Origin: Candidatus Poribacteria bacterium
Lineage (GTDB): Bacteria; Poribacteria; WGA-4E; WGA-3G
DNA length: 64,000 nucleotides
Direction: 5' to 3'
NCBI GenBank assembly: GCA_964291315.2
Contig: OZ219753.1
Span: 352,001 to 416,000, forward strand
Part shown: one piece after another, positions 10,069 through 20,000 of the stretch
Layout of the letters: each line of letters starts with the position of its first letter
How positions within the stretch are numbered: the first letter of the stretch is position 1
Made by a program: the position numbers and the translations under genes
Notes under the pieces: generated by a model
Databases searched by the model: none
What the model was told of the DNA's origin: nothing
The model's input: the letters and a program-made list of their open reading frames with translations, nothing else

Positions 10069-11025
10069 ATGCCTACAGGACGGATTAAGTATTACAATTT
10101 CGATAAAGGTTTCGGATTTATCGCGCAAGATAGTAGTGACACTGATGTCTTTCTACACAGTTCTGCGATTAAGCAGCCTGAATATGATGAACTCCGTGTC
10201 GGACAGCGGGTGAAATACAACATTGTTGAAGGCGAGAAAGGACTGGTTGCTCAAAATGTTGAGGTATTGTTAACGCCTACTGAGCGTCGATGGTTGAGAC
10301 AAGGGAAAGCCATTATCCCGCGTGGCTATGCGGGTTTCCCTGGGCAGCACCAGGATCAATTTTTCAGGGAGCATCAGACGCCCTCCGTTGAGGGTGAAAC
10401 CTCTAAATCAAAATCGACTCGGAGTCAGCGCGATCGCGATGCGTCCATAACATCTTCAAAGCCGGCTACGGAACCACGTAGCCAACCTGCCTCGACAAGT
10501 GGTTTCGACGATGCTGTAGCGTCAACGCGGAACATCAAGGAACAAACTTCAAAGCAACTCAGCTTCGGGGACCTCTACATCCTCAAGCAGATTAATTTTG
10601 AAACCCCAATGTTTTTCGTAATGTCCAATGATGTCCAACTTCCGGCGACAGTCCTTGAGATGACGCTTTCCCGTTTGACTCTCAACAGCAATGGCATTGA
10701 AAAGCATATCGCTAAAACGGATATTAAATATTGTTATAAAGATGTTGATGCGGAACTGGTTCAGGCGGGTATTCATATCAACAAAGAGGTCAAAGCGCAG
10801 CGGATTCCGCAATTAACCGCCGATGCTGAATCTTGTGATCTTGATACCGAGGTGGTCCAGGATGCCCGAAAAAATAGATCCCTGATTGAGTTGACTCTCC
10901 GAGATGGAGAGGTTTTTCGCGGTATTATAGATTGGGTGAGTCCTTATGAAATTAAGTTGGTTTTGGAAAATGGAGCAAAGGTTGTTGTTTTTCGGCATGC
11001 TGTCTACACTCTTTCCCTGGATTAG
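10069..11025 (+). CDS. Cold-shock domain protein fused to two C-terminal Hfq/Sm-like domains
   Basis: N-terminal CSD with RNP1 KGFGFI and RNP2 VFLH; low-complexity linker; C-terminal LRDGEVFRGII...VVFRHAV aligns by eye with Hfq LVNGIKLQGQI...MVYKHAI; SD AGGAG. Confidence 0.8.
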   Translation: MPTGRIKYYNFDKGFGFIAQDSSDTDVFLHSSAIKQPEYDELRVGQRVKYNIVEGEKGLVAQNVEVLLTPTERRWLRQGKAIIPRGYAGFPGQHQDQFFREHQTPSVEGETSKSKSTRSQRDRDASITSSKPATEPRSQPASTSGFDDAVASTRNIKEQTSKQLSFGDLYILKQINFETPMFFVMSNDVQLPATVLEMTLSRLTLNSNGIEKHIAKTDIKYCYKDVDAELVQAGIHINKEVKAQRIPQLTADAESCDLDTEVVQDARKNRSLIELTLRDGEVFRGIIDWVSPYEIKLVLENGAKVVVFRHAVYTLSLD

Positions 11026-11033
11026 GTGCTGTT

Positions 11034-11603
11034 ATGGACCCGTATCACCGACTGGTTAACGAAATTCAGAGCGATTTTCAGCGTTTGCGTGCGGAAGCCG
11101 GAGGGGGTCCGTGTCCGTCTAATTGCTTTTCCTGCTGTCAGAATACAGCGACAATGGCGATTAGTGAGGTAGAGGCGCGCGACTTGAAGGTTGGTTTGGA
11201 ACGTCTTCCTCTCCAGCTTCGCATGCATATCGGTCAGAAAGCTGAACGGACTGTCAGAGAATTGGAGGCAAACGGTTACACCGCCGAAAACATCGTTCCC
11301 GATGCTGGCATGAGAGCGATTAGCGTGGTAAAAGGGACTCCTGAAGGTGAGTGTCCGATGCTAATAGGTGGGGTCTGTGCTGTTTACGAGCGCCGTCCCG
11401 TCATCTGTCGGGTTTGGGGATATCCGATTCATAACGGTGCTGAATTGGCGTGTTGCCATAAAACGTTTATTGGACAGCGCGGCCGATACCAACCCCTGAA
11501 ATACACCCATTATTGGAATGAATGTAAAAGGCTCAGCAGCGAATTAGGTGCCCACAAAAAAACACCCAACTGCTATCTTGTCCTCCGCTTGCTTTCTGAA
11601 TAG
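11034..11603 (+). CDS. YkgJ family (CxxCxxCC-type) cysteine-cluster protein
   Basis: CPSNCFSCC, ECPML, CAVYERRPVICR motifs. Confidence 0.85.
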   Translation: MDPYHRLVNEIQSDFQRLRAEAGGGPCPSNCFSCCQNTATMAISEVEARDLKVGLERLPLQLRMHIGQKAERTVRELEANGYTAENIVPDAGMRAISVVKGTPEGECPMLIGGVCAVYERRPVICRVWGYPIHNGAELACCHKTFIGQRGRYQPLKYTHYWNECKRLSSELGAHKKTPNCYLVLRLLSE

Positions 11604-11691
11604 CATCGACTGTATCTCATCATTCTCTTAGTGAAGATGGAGAATGAAATGTACTATTATCCCATACGATCACAAATGAAAGGAGTCAAAA

Positions 11692-13229
11692 ATGCCCAAG
11701 CACATAACCTGCATGTTTGTTTTCATGTTGATGTCTGCATCGCTATATGCAGATTATACAGTCAAAACAATCTATTTCAAGCCAGTCGATGCACCTAAGC
11801 CAGATATCGCTCTAATCCGTTCCACATGGAGCGCGCACAAAGGTTATTCTCCGATGAAATGCAGGATCACGGATACGGGAAAAAGACATTCACGTTAGAA
11901 CGTGATGTTATTGGGAACGTTATTGTACATACTGTGCCTGGGAAACATGCTGCGAATGTCTATGAGAACGATACATCCGGATTAATGAATCAGGAACTGC
12001 CAACGCGCTTCAGCTCACGGATTGCGGGCACAAAACATGTGTTTTGTATTTTTGTAGGCGGGACCGACCGAGTAAGCGGTTCTCTCGGCTTCGGATCTGC
12101 TAATTATGATAGCAGCGATGGTTGCGGCGCTTGCAGTGGGAACGCCGTTGTACCAGCATCAGCTGATATGCGCACTGTCGCGCATGAGCTCGCCCATGCC
12201 TTCGCGCTCTGGCATAATTTGCGAGGCAAGAATGGGGGCGATTACCTCATGTGGAACGGCTATCGACTCGATGAACAGGAAGCCCGATGGCTAAACAGAC
12301 ACCCTTACTTCAATGATAACCCTCGTATGGCCCACAACCCTCCATCTGTTTTGAACGTTTATCCTATTGAAGAATTCACACTGAAAGGGGAAGATTATCT
12401 CTTATTCAAGGCAGATGTGGAAAGCAAGGCTGTACTGCATCAAGGAGTCATGATAAGGAAAACTGACAGTGTAGTCATGGGGTGGGATAAAATCTACGGC
12501 TATAAGGATACCGCTCAATTCCTTGTCAAAGAAACATATCTTCTAGAGGATTATGATGTTTGGATGCTGTTTATGGACATTGATGGCAATATCAAGCTCC
12601 ATCATATAGATCTGAGGGTTCATCCAAGAATAGACACATCCACAAGAGGTGCTGAGGACATTGATGGGAACGGTAACGCAGAGGTGGCATATCTTACAAT
12701 TGAAGCCGATCACCCAAAAGCAATTAAGCCTGTCAATAGAATGCATGAGTGGGACGGATGGGTAGCAGGGGTATGGGAGAAAGATATAGACGGCAGATAC
12801 CCCAACACACCTTTGCCATATGTCCGTTTTGCTGATAGGGATAAATGGGATCACTGGTTTTACAGTCATGCCCCCAGTCGCATCGTCTGGGACATAAGCG
12901 ACGGAGAGTATTCTAAATTTGGCTGTACCTTCCTCTTGGTACATCCATGCGCCGGGTTTGCAGCATCTATGGAAGTGACTTTTATAGCAGATGGCAGAGA
13001 GGTTTATTATTCGGGAGAATTGTATTCGCGTGACGGTACGAAAAAAAGTATTTCTTTCGAAATACCGCTAGGCACACAAAGGCTGGAAATGCGAGTGGGA
13101 GTATTAGATGATGGTGCGAAATGTGATCATTTCGTTCTCGGTGAACCGCGACTGTTTTCTGCAGCCGCAGCTCCACCACATAAGCCGAAGCGAATCACAA
13201 CTATGACTTGGGCAAGCCTAAAAAAGTAG
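11692..13229 (+). pseudogene. Secreted HExxH zinc metallopeptidase-like protein with NPCBM-like domain, split by a one-base frameshift near 11799-11826
   Basis: ORF 11692 supplies SD (AAGGAG), signal peptide and VKTIYF start. ORF 11826 (-1 frame) continues MERAQRLFSDEMQDHGYGKKTF, has AHELAH and ends ITTMTWASLKK. Could be an intact gene with a sequencing indel. Confidence 0.7.
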
Positions 13230-13443
13230 ACTGCGGTCAATTAAGAATTATCTTTACGCTATAGAAGTGCGAGGTTGCAAACCTCACCTTCGCCCCCGTT
13301 GCTCCTCAGGTGTCTACATGTTTCTATCATTTATCGGAAAAACCTCAATCCACATTTTCGGTAGAAACAAGAGGTCTTTAAACTTTTATTATTCAACCCA
13401 ATCTAATGTTTGCTAAATTTGCGTGATTCCCGTGGGGTTTTAG

Positions 13444-13767
13444 CTATTGCGGATTGTCTGCTCCGTTTTCGCTGAGCTCACGCAGGAATTGGAATGTGTA
13501 GATTCCAGTACGATGCCCATCGTTCCAAACCAACCTTACCGCATAACGGCCCACCAGCTGAATGTCCATCAGATGTAAATTTTCTAAAAAGTCATCGGTA
13601 GGTAAAATATGAGAAGTGTTTTTGCCGGAATGCTTTGCATCGCACTGTGCACATGGGCACTTTTGGCGGAGGAGGCGATAAGACAACTCGTTGTTGTGTG
13701 AGTCTTTCCACTGAATCCTTAAACTAGTATTGCCTCTTTCAATGTGGGTAGGTTGGAATTTCTGCAT
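13444..13767 (-). CDS. DUF971 (GBBH N-terminal-like) protein
   Basis: IQWKDSH, LRQKCPCAQC, VGRYAVRLVWNDGHRTGIYTF; start MQKFQP. Confidence 0.9.
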   Translation of the reverse strand: MQKFQPTHIERGNTSLRIQWKDSHNNELSYRLLRQKCPCAQCDAKHSGKNTSHILPTDDFLENLHLMDIQLVGRYAVRLVWNDGHRTGIYTFQFLRELSENGADNPQ

Positions 13768-13882
13768 AATACGTTCCAAAAAGGCAAAAAATACGGTTGC
13801 CGATTTGCGTTGCCTGAAAAGGGCGGGTTTACAGATCGACAACCGTTCGATTTCGCAATTCGAAAGTTGTGTCAACTATCGG

Positions 13883-14140
13883 TTATTCAAAGTATTCAGC
13901 ATTAATCTCTATGAAATGTTCCCATTCCTCTGGAACATCTTCTTCCATGAAGATCGCTTCAACCGGACATTCGGGTTCGCAGACACCACAATCGATGCAC
14001 TCTTCGGGGTCGATGTAAAGCTGATCAACTTCTGGGAACTCGTCTGCATCGGGTAGAGGGTGAATGCAGTCCACTGGACAGACATCAACGCACGCACTAT
14101 CTTTAACCTCAATACATGGCTCACAGATCACATAGGTCAT
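13883..14140 (-). CDS. Ferredoxin (7Fe/dicluster FdxA-like), copy 1
   Basis: CEPC...CVDVCPVDC and CIDCGVCEPECP; SD AAGGAG. Confidence 0.95.
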   Translation of the reverse strand: MTYVICEPCIEVKDSACVDVCPVDCIHPLPDADEFPEVDQLYIDPEECIDCGVCEPECPVEAIFMEEDVPEEWEHFIEINAEYFE

Positions 14141-14362
14141 GCGAGAAAACTCCTTTCCGCTTGGTTTACAATAAAAGCCTCCGCTCTATACAGGTGCACT
14201 TCGTTTGACAGACGATGCTGCTTCGCATTGGGTGGAGGTATAAGAAAAAACATTATCATATATGGTGTTTTTTACAAGTTTCGCCAGTTTTTAGATTGGT
14301 TTTCAATTTTACAAGTTTTGCTAATATCTGTTGTTTACTGATTTACGCTTAAGCTATTATAA

Positions 14363-14391
14363 ATAATACCACATCTAATTTGCTTTGTCAA
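14363..14391 (-). promoter_or_regulatory. Sigma70-type promoter of ferredoxin copy 1
   Basis: TTGACA-17 nt-TATTAT on the minus strand with TG extension. Confidence 0.6.
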
Positions 14392-14556
14392 ATTGTATTT
14401 TAACCTAAACTGCTAATGTGGGTAGGCTGGAATTTCTGCATAATACGTTCCAAAAAGGCAAAAAATACGGTTGCCGATTTGCGTTGCCTGAAAAGGGCGG
14501 GTTTACAGATCGACAACCGTTCGATTTCGCAATTCGAAAGTTGTGTCAACTATCGG

Positions 14557-14814
14557 TTATTCAAAGTATTCAGCATTAATCTCTATGAAATGTTCCCATT
14601 CCTCTGGAACATCTTCTTCCATGAAGATCGCTTCAACCGGACATTCGGGTTCGCAGACACCACAATCGATGCACTCTTCGGGGTCGATGTAAAGCTGATC
14701 AACTTCTGGGAACTCGTCTGCATCGGGTAGAGGGTGAATGCAGTCCACTGGACAGACATCAACGCACGCACTATCTTTAACCTCAATACATGGCTCACAG
14801 ATCACATAGGTCAT
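14557..14814 (-). CDS. Ferredoxin, copy 2 (identical protein)
   Basis: Same 85-aa translation as 13883-14140. Confidence 0.95.
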   Translation of the reverse strand: MTYVICEPCIEVKDSACVDVCPVDCIHPLPDADEFPEVDQLYIDPEECIDCGVCEPECPVEAIFMEEDVPEEWEHFIEINAEYFE

Positions 14815-15028
14815 GCGAGAAAACTCCTTTCCGCTTGGTTTACAATAAAAGCCTCCGCTCTATACAGGTGCACTTCGTTTGACAGACGATGCTGCTTCGC
14901 ATTGGGTGGAGGTATAAGAAAAAACATTATCATATATGGTGTTTTTTACAAGTTTCGCCAGTTTTTAGATTGGTTTTCAATTTTACAAGTTTTGCTAATA
15001 TCTGTTGTTTACTGATTTGCGATTATAA

Positions 15029-15057
15029 ATAATACCACATCTAATTTACTTTGTCAA
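15029..15057 (-). promoter_or_regulatory. Sigma70-type promoter of ferredoxin copy 2
   Basis: TTGACA-17 nt-TATTAT on the minus strand. Confidence 0.6.
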
Positions 15058-15105
15058 ATTGTATTTTAACCTAAACTGCTATTGAATAATTTCCATCGGA
15101 AGAAC

Positions 15106-15133
15106 TTGACAAATCCAGGTTTTTTGTGATAAT
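15106..15133 (+). promoter_or_regulatory. Sigma70-type promoter of recJ-rel
   Basis: TTGACA-16 nt-GATAAT with TG extension. Confidence 0.5.
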
Positions 15134-15219
15134 ATGTCAAGGTCAGAAAAGTGTTTTTTGCAACCTCTCTAAATTGTCGGAAAGTACAGATTTCTTATCT
15201 CAATAACAGATGGAGTGTT

Positions 15220-17793
15220 ATGAAAAAGCCCTCGCGCAAAGTGTGGCGGTTCCCAAATTCAGATTTTGATAAGAGTGTGATATTGGCATCGGAACTCGGA
15301 ATTTCTGTATTCACTGCTCGTCTTCTCACCAATCGTGGGATAAGAACGGCTGCTGAAGCGCGGAGTTACCTCTATCCGGCCTTTGATGAATTACACGATC
15401 CTTTTAAATTTGCCGATATGGAAAAAGCCGTTGACCGGATACACAAGGCGATTGAGCGCGGCGAAAAAATCTGTGTCTATGGCGATTACGACGCTGATGG
15501 CACGACGGCAACTGCCGTGCTGCTCAATACGTTCCGTCGACTCGATGTTCCTGCCGACTATTATATTCCCAATCGGTTTGGAGACGGTTATGGGCTGACT
15601 GAGGATACTGTCGGAAAAATACATCAAGAAAAAGCGACAAAATTGCTAATAACTGTGGACTGTGGTATCAAAGACGTTGGAGCGGTCACGTTAGCGAATC
15701 GGCTTGGTATGGATGTTGTTGTCACGGACCATCATCAACCAGAAGAAGAGCAGCCCCCTGCATATGCCTTGATTTCGCCAAAGGTACCTGGGGACGAGTA
15801 CCCTTTCCCCGAGCTTGCTGGCGTGGGTTTAGCCTTTAAATTGGCGCAGGCACTAATAGATGATAGGCCCTTTCTTGAGTCCCAACTGGATCTGGTGGCG
15901 TTGGGAACGGTTGTTGACATGGCACCGCTCACTGGGGAGAATCGAATTTTGAGTCGTTTGGGATTAGCAGAGTTGAACAAACGCGAGCGGCCGGGGATCC
16001 ATGCTTTGTGCGAAGCAGCAGGGCATGGGCTTGGCCAACCGCTTGATGGTTATAGTCTCTCTTTTAAGTTAGGACCCCGGATCAATGCTGCCGGGCGGAT
16101 GGACACCGCGGATAAGGTGGTTGAACTGCTCACTACCGATTCCGATGACATTGCGACTCGGATTGCACCGCTACTCAATAAAGCGAATCAAGAACGAAAA
16201 GAATTGGAACGTGAAATTCGGGATCAGGCAATTGAGATCATTGAAAACGAAATACAAGACGATACTGTTGGGATTGTTGTTGCCAGCGACAAGTGGAGCG
16301 AAAAGGCCCAAGGCATCGTTGGAATTGTGGCTTCTCGCTTGCTGCAACTCTACTACAAACCGGTCATCGTTCTCGCCATTAACGGTAAAGAAGCTACCGG
16401 ATCCGGACGATGTATTGCGGGGATGAATCTTGCTGACGCGCTTGTTGTTTCCACAAAATTATTGGTGAAGCACGGTGGACACGCGGCGGCGGCGGGGCTG
16501 ACAATTGAGACGAAGAACATCCGTGAATTTAAAAAAGCTTTCAACGAACATGCTCGCAACTATTTGACAGCGGACGCTTTGCAACCGAAACTTGACCTTG
16601 AGTTTGAAACACATCTTCCGTTTTTGACGTTAGAGGCCGTAAAGGAGTTTGAGCAATTTGAACCTTTTGGAAATAAGAATCCCAAGTTTATTTTTGGCGT
16701 GCGACATCTCAAGATTAGTGATGGTCCTAATTTGATGGGATCTGAGCAAAACCATGTGCAGATGACCGTGACGGATGGCATGATAAAGCGGCGTGCCATT
16801 GCATGGCGAGCTGGTAGCAGACGGCTTGATTTCATAGGTTCCAACTTATCGCTCGATCTTGCCTTTTCGCCGCAAATCAACGAATGGCGTGGGCATCAGT
16901 CCGTCCAACTCACTCTTGAGGATTGGCAGATACGTCCCGAAGGTAGAGAAGTGAAGTGGGATATGTTTCCAAAACGCGATAATAGGTCTTCTGTAAAGCT
17001 TATTGACAAACGGGGTACAAATAAGAGAAAGTACCTTTTAGATTTGCTCGCGAGAGAGGAATCCTGTATAATTTATGTACAGGACGCGGATATGTTGGAT
17101 ATCCTGTTCACACGACTTTTACCAGAGAGTATTGAAGACATTGCACGCCACGCTGGAACAACATTGAAGGTAGAAGAGGAATTGTTGGACCAACTCGGAA
17201 ATGGGGAGCTCCGCTCCATCGCCTCAAGTGATACGTTTTCGAACCTTAACAGGATTCCGTTTGTCAAACATTTCGTTTTTTGCCACTTGGCACCCAGCTT
17301 TGATGCATTTCTTAAACGCTGTGAGCCTGCTTTTGCTTCGTCTGATACCTCCTATTTGCATCTCATCTATGGAGATATAGATACAGTGCAAATGCGGAAT
17401 TGGATTGCTCGAAAGTATCCAACGGACGAAGTGTTACGGAGTTTGTATAGGGATATGCGAAAGAGTATTCAATTCAAGGGTGATGCAGGGTATTCCGAAG
17501 CAGAGATTCTTGATGGCAGATTTGGTGCAAAGTTAACTGTTCAGACTGGGCTCAATATCTTTGAGGAATTGCACTATATCGAGCGGCATGGCGGCCCAGA
17601 AAACAGGAGCGTCAAACTCCTTCCGGCGAAGAAAAGCGGCTTGTCCTATTCTCCAACATATCTGAAAGGTGAGTGGGTTAAACAGACGAGTCCGTCTTTT
17701 ATTCAGTTTCAACTAAAGGGAAACCTTGAATCTATGTGGGAGTGGATAAAAAATGAGTCTCAAATCGTTAATCAATCAGATTCAAGTATATAA
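15220..17793 (+). CDS. recJ: Single-stranded-DNA exonuclease RecJ (long form with C-terminal extension)
   Basis: YGDYDADG, ITVDCG, TDHH, GPRINAAGRM, HGGHAAAAG; start MKKPSRK after GGAG. Confidence 0.95.
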   Translation: MKKPSRKVWRFPNSDFDKSVILASELGISVFTARLLTNRGIRTAAEARSYLYPAFDELHDPFKFADMEKAVDRIHKAIERGEKICVYGDYDADGTTATAVLLNTFRRLDVPADYYIPNRFGDGYGLTEDTVGKIHQEKATKLLITVDCGIKDVGAVTLANRLGMDVVVTDHHQPEEEQPPAYALISPKVPGDEYPFPELAGVGLAFKLAQALIDDRPFLESQLDLVALGTVVDMAPLTGENRILSRLGLAELNKRERPGIHALCEAAGHGLGQPLDGYSLSFKLGPRINAAGRMDTADKVVELLTTDSDDIATRIAPLLNKANQERKELEREIRDQAIEIIENEIQDDTVGIVVASDKWSEKAQGIVGIVASRLLQLYYKPVIVLAINGKEATGSGRCIAGMNLADALVVSTKLLVKHGGHAAAAGLTIETKNIREFKKAFNEHARNYLTADALQPKLDLEFETHLPFLTLEAVKEFEQFEPFGNKNPKFIFGVRHLKISDGPNLMGSEQNHVQMTVTDGMIKRRAIAWRAGSRRLDFIGSNLSLDLAFSPQINEWRGHQSVQLTLEDWQIRPEGREVKWDMFPKRDNRSSVKLIDKRGTNKRKYLLDLLAREESCIIYVQDADMLDILFTRLLPESIEDIARHAGTTLKVEEELLDQLGNGELRSIASSDTFSNLNRIPFVKHFVFCHLAPSFDAFLKRCEPAFASSDTSYLHLIYGDIDTVQMRNWIARKYPTDEVLRSLYRDMRKSIQFKGDAGYSEAEILDGRFGAKLTVQTGLNIFEELHYIERHGGPENRSVKLLPAKKSGLSYSPTYLKGEWVKQTSPSFIQFQLKGNLESMWEWIKNESQIVNQSDSSI

Positions 17794-19953
17794 TCCAGAC
17801 GCGGAAGTTGAACTTCTAGAGCGATGCTACCGCTTTGCCGAAATGCGCATAAGGGTCAAATGCGCAAGTCTGGGGAAGACTATTTTACGCATTGCGTCAA
17901 AACTGCTGAGGTACTAGCTGAGTTGCGTCTGGATACCCATACAATCTGTGCCGGGCTTATGCACGATGTACTTGAAGATACGAGTGTTACTCGTAAAGAG
18001 ATGCAGGTTGGGTTCGGGGCTAACATCGCTAATCTCGTTGAAGGTGTTACAAAGATTGGTCAGTACAGGCCGAATGTTTCTGTCCGGCCACCTACAAGGA
18101 TAGGCACGGTTGAGGCCCGCGTCCATCGGCAACGCCAAGCGGAAACTTATCGGAAGCTCCTCTTAGCAACAGCGGAAGACATACGGGTCATACTGATTAA
18201 ACTTGCAGACCGACTCCATAACATGGAGACGTTGAAATTTCTTTCTCTCGAGAAGTCTCAGCGTATTGCAAAAGAGACATTGGAGATTTACGGTCCGATT
18301 GCGCATCGGCTGGGAATTTGGAGTATTATGAGTCGTCTTGAAGACTTGGCGTTCAAACATCTTCATCCGAATGAATATCGAAAGATAGCGGAACTTTTGA
18401 ATCAGAAGCTTGTTGAGCGTGAAGCCTATTGTGAGAAGATGGTTAAGGCGATTGGTCAGGAGCTTGAAAAGCGGGATGTTTTTGCTGATGTCCACGGGAG
18501 GACGAAGCATATTTATAGTATCTACCAAAAGATGCAACAGAAGCGGACCCCGTTCAGTGAAATCCGGGACCTAATTGGCCTCCGAATACTTGTTAAAACC
18601 GAAGCTAGTTGCTATCTTGCGCTTGGGGCCCTTCATAACAAATGGAATTACCATCCCGACAGGCTCCGGGACTGGATCGGTAGGCCTAAGAAAAATGGTT
18701 ATCAGTCAATCCATACTACGATCCTCGATGATGGTAAACCTGTTGAGGTTCAGATTCGCACGTATCAGATGCACAAAGTTGCTGAAGATGGTATCGCCGC
18801 ACATTGGAGTTACAAAGAGGGGGTGCCTATAAGCAAACAGGGACGTTCTATTTTTGCTAGTTATAAACAGATACTTGAGGGCATACAGGAAATTCGAGAT
18901 AGTCCGCACCAGTTTGTGACCTCAATGAAACTGGAACTTTTTCAAGATGAGGTATATGTCTTTTCTCCGAAGGGAGATTTGTTTACCCTACCTGCTGGTG
19001 CCACCGTAATCGATTTTGCCTATAAAATCCATACTGATGTTGGGCATACGTGTGTTGGGTCAGAGGTAAACGGGATGGTTGCTCCGATTCGACGCGTGCT
19101 TCAAAACGGAGATCAAGTTAAGATTCGGACTCAAGCGAGCGGCAAACCTAGTAGAGGTTGGCTGCGTTATGTCAAAACTGCTACGGCGCGGAGTAAGATT
19201 GAACACTGGTTCCGCGAGAAGGATAGGGCGGCTTACCTAGAATTAGGGAAGAAATTCCTCGCAGCAGAGTTGCGGGTCTCTTATCTTAACGCCCGTGATT
19301 ATCTTAATTCTCCGAAGCTCTTAGATGCTGCCAAACAACTTAAACTCAAAAGCCTGGATGAGCTTTTCGTCCGGATCGGTAAAGGCAATGAATCTGCTAC
19401 CTATGTCGTTAATTTGTTGAGGCCTAAGGTACCGGGATCTGAAACCGCGAAAGAAGTTGCTGCATCACGGAAAACCGCATCATCCCCGGCTATCCAACTT
19501 GAAAATGATCTCGATTTAGGTATGATGCGGATTATGAAGTGCTGTAATCCGATACCGGGTGATCAAGTTGTGGGTTACCTCACTCGCGGGCGTGGGGTTT
19601 CTGTGCATAGAGCTGGCTGTATCCGCATCCTTGATGAACCGGAGCGCCTTTTATCTGTTAAATGGCCCGAAAAATCTTGCTCCGAGAATGGCAACCGTCC
19701 GCCTGATATCTATCCGGTTAAAATTTTGGTCAAGTGCAGTGATCGACCGGGCATGCTCGGTGAAATCACCACGGCTATTGCACATTATAAGGTAAACATC
19801 CGCGCTGGAACTTTCCAACCGGCTACCGAACGGCTCGATGATACAGCCGCCGACTATCTTACAATAGATGTAACAGGTGCTGAGCAACTTGAGAAAGTCA
19901 TGCAGGCAATTCGTCGTTTAAAAGGTGTAGAACGCGTCGGTCGTAAATTCTAA
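17753..19953 (+). CDS. rel: Bifunctional (p)ppGpp synthetase/hydrolase Rel, with an apparent one-base frameshift at ~17842
   Basis: HD motif MHDVLED, KLADRLHNM, NGYQSIHT, EVQIRT, TGS, CCNPIPGD and ACT. The natural N-terminus MSLKSLINQIQVYNPDAEVELLERCYRFAE starts at 17753 in another frame and joins NAHKGQ if one A is added. Confidence 0.9.
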
Positions 19954-20000
19954 TCGATTTTGTGCAGTTGGTGCGCTTTTACCGATGATATTTATTTTTA

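Larger units (their letters stand above)
13741..15080. repeat. Tandem direct duplication (units 13741-14414 and 14415-15080) carrying ferredoxin and its promoter
   Basis: Near-identical 674 and 666 bp units; differences seen are GGTTGG/GGCTGG, an ~8-nt indel (TTTACGCTTAAGCTATT vs TTTGCGATT) and TTGCTT/TTACTT. Confidence 0.97.

Noticed and set aside
9860-10069. Small intergenic ORFs (9860-10069, 20374-20649, 24591-24824, 39984-40184, 55619-55807)
   Set aside because: Non-ATG starts, no SD and no recognisable protein features.
13264-13295. GAGGTT-GC-AAACCTC hairpin (and a similar one at ~28755-28785)
   Set aside because: Possibly degenerate REP-like or terminator hairpins, but too weak and divergent to call.
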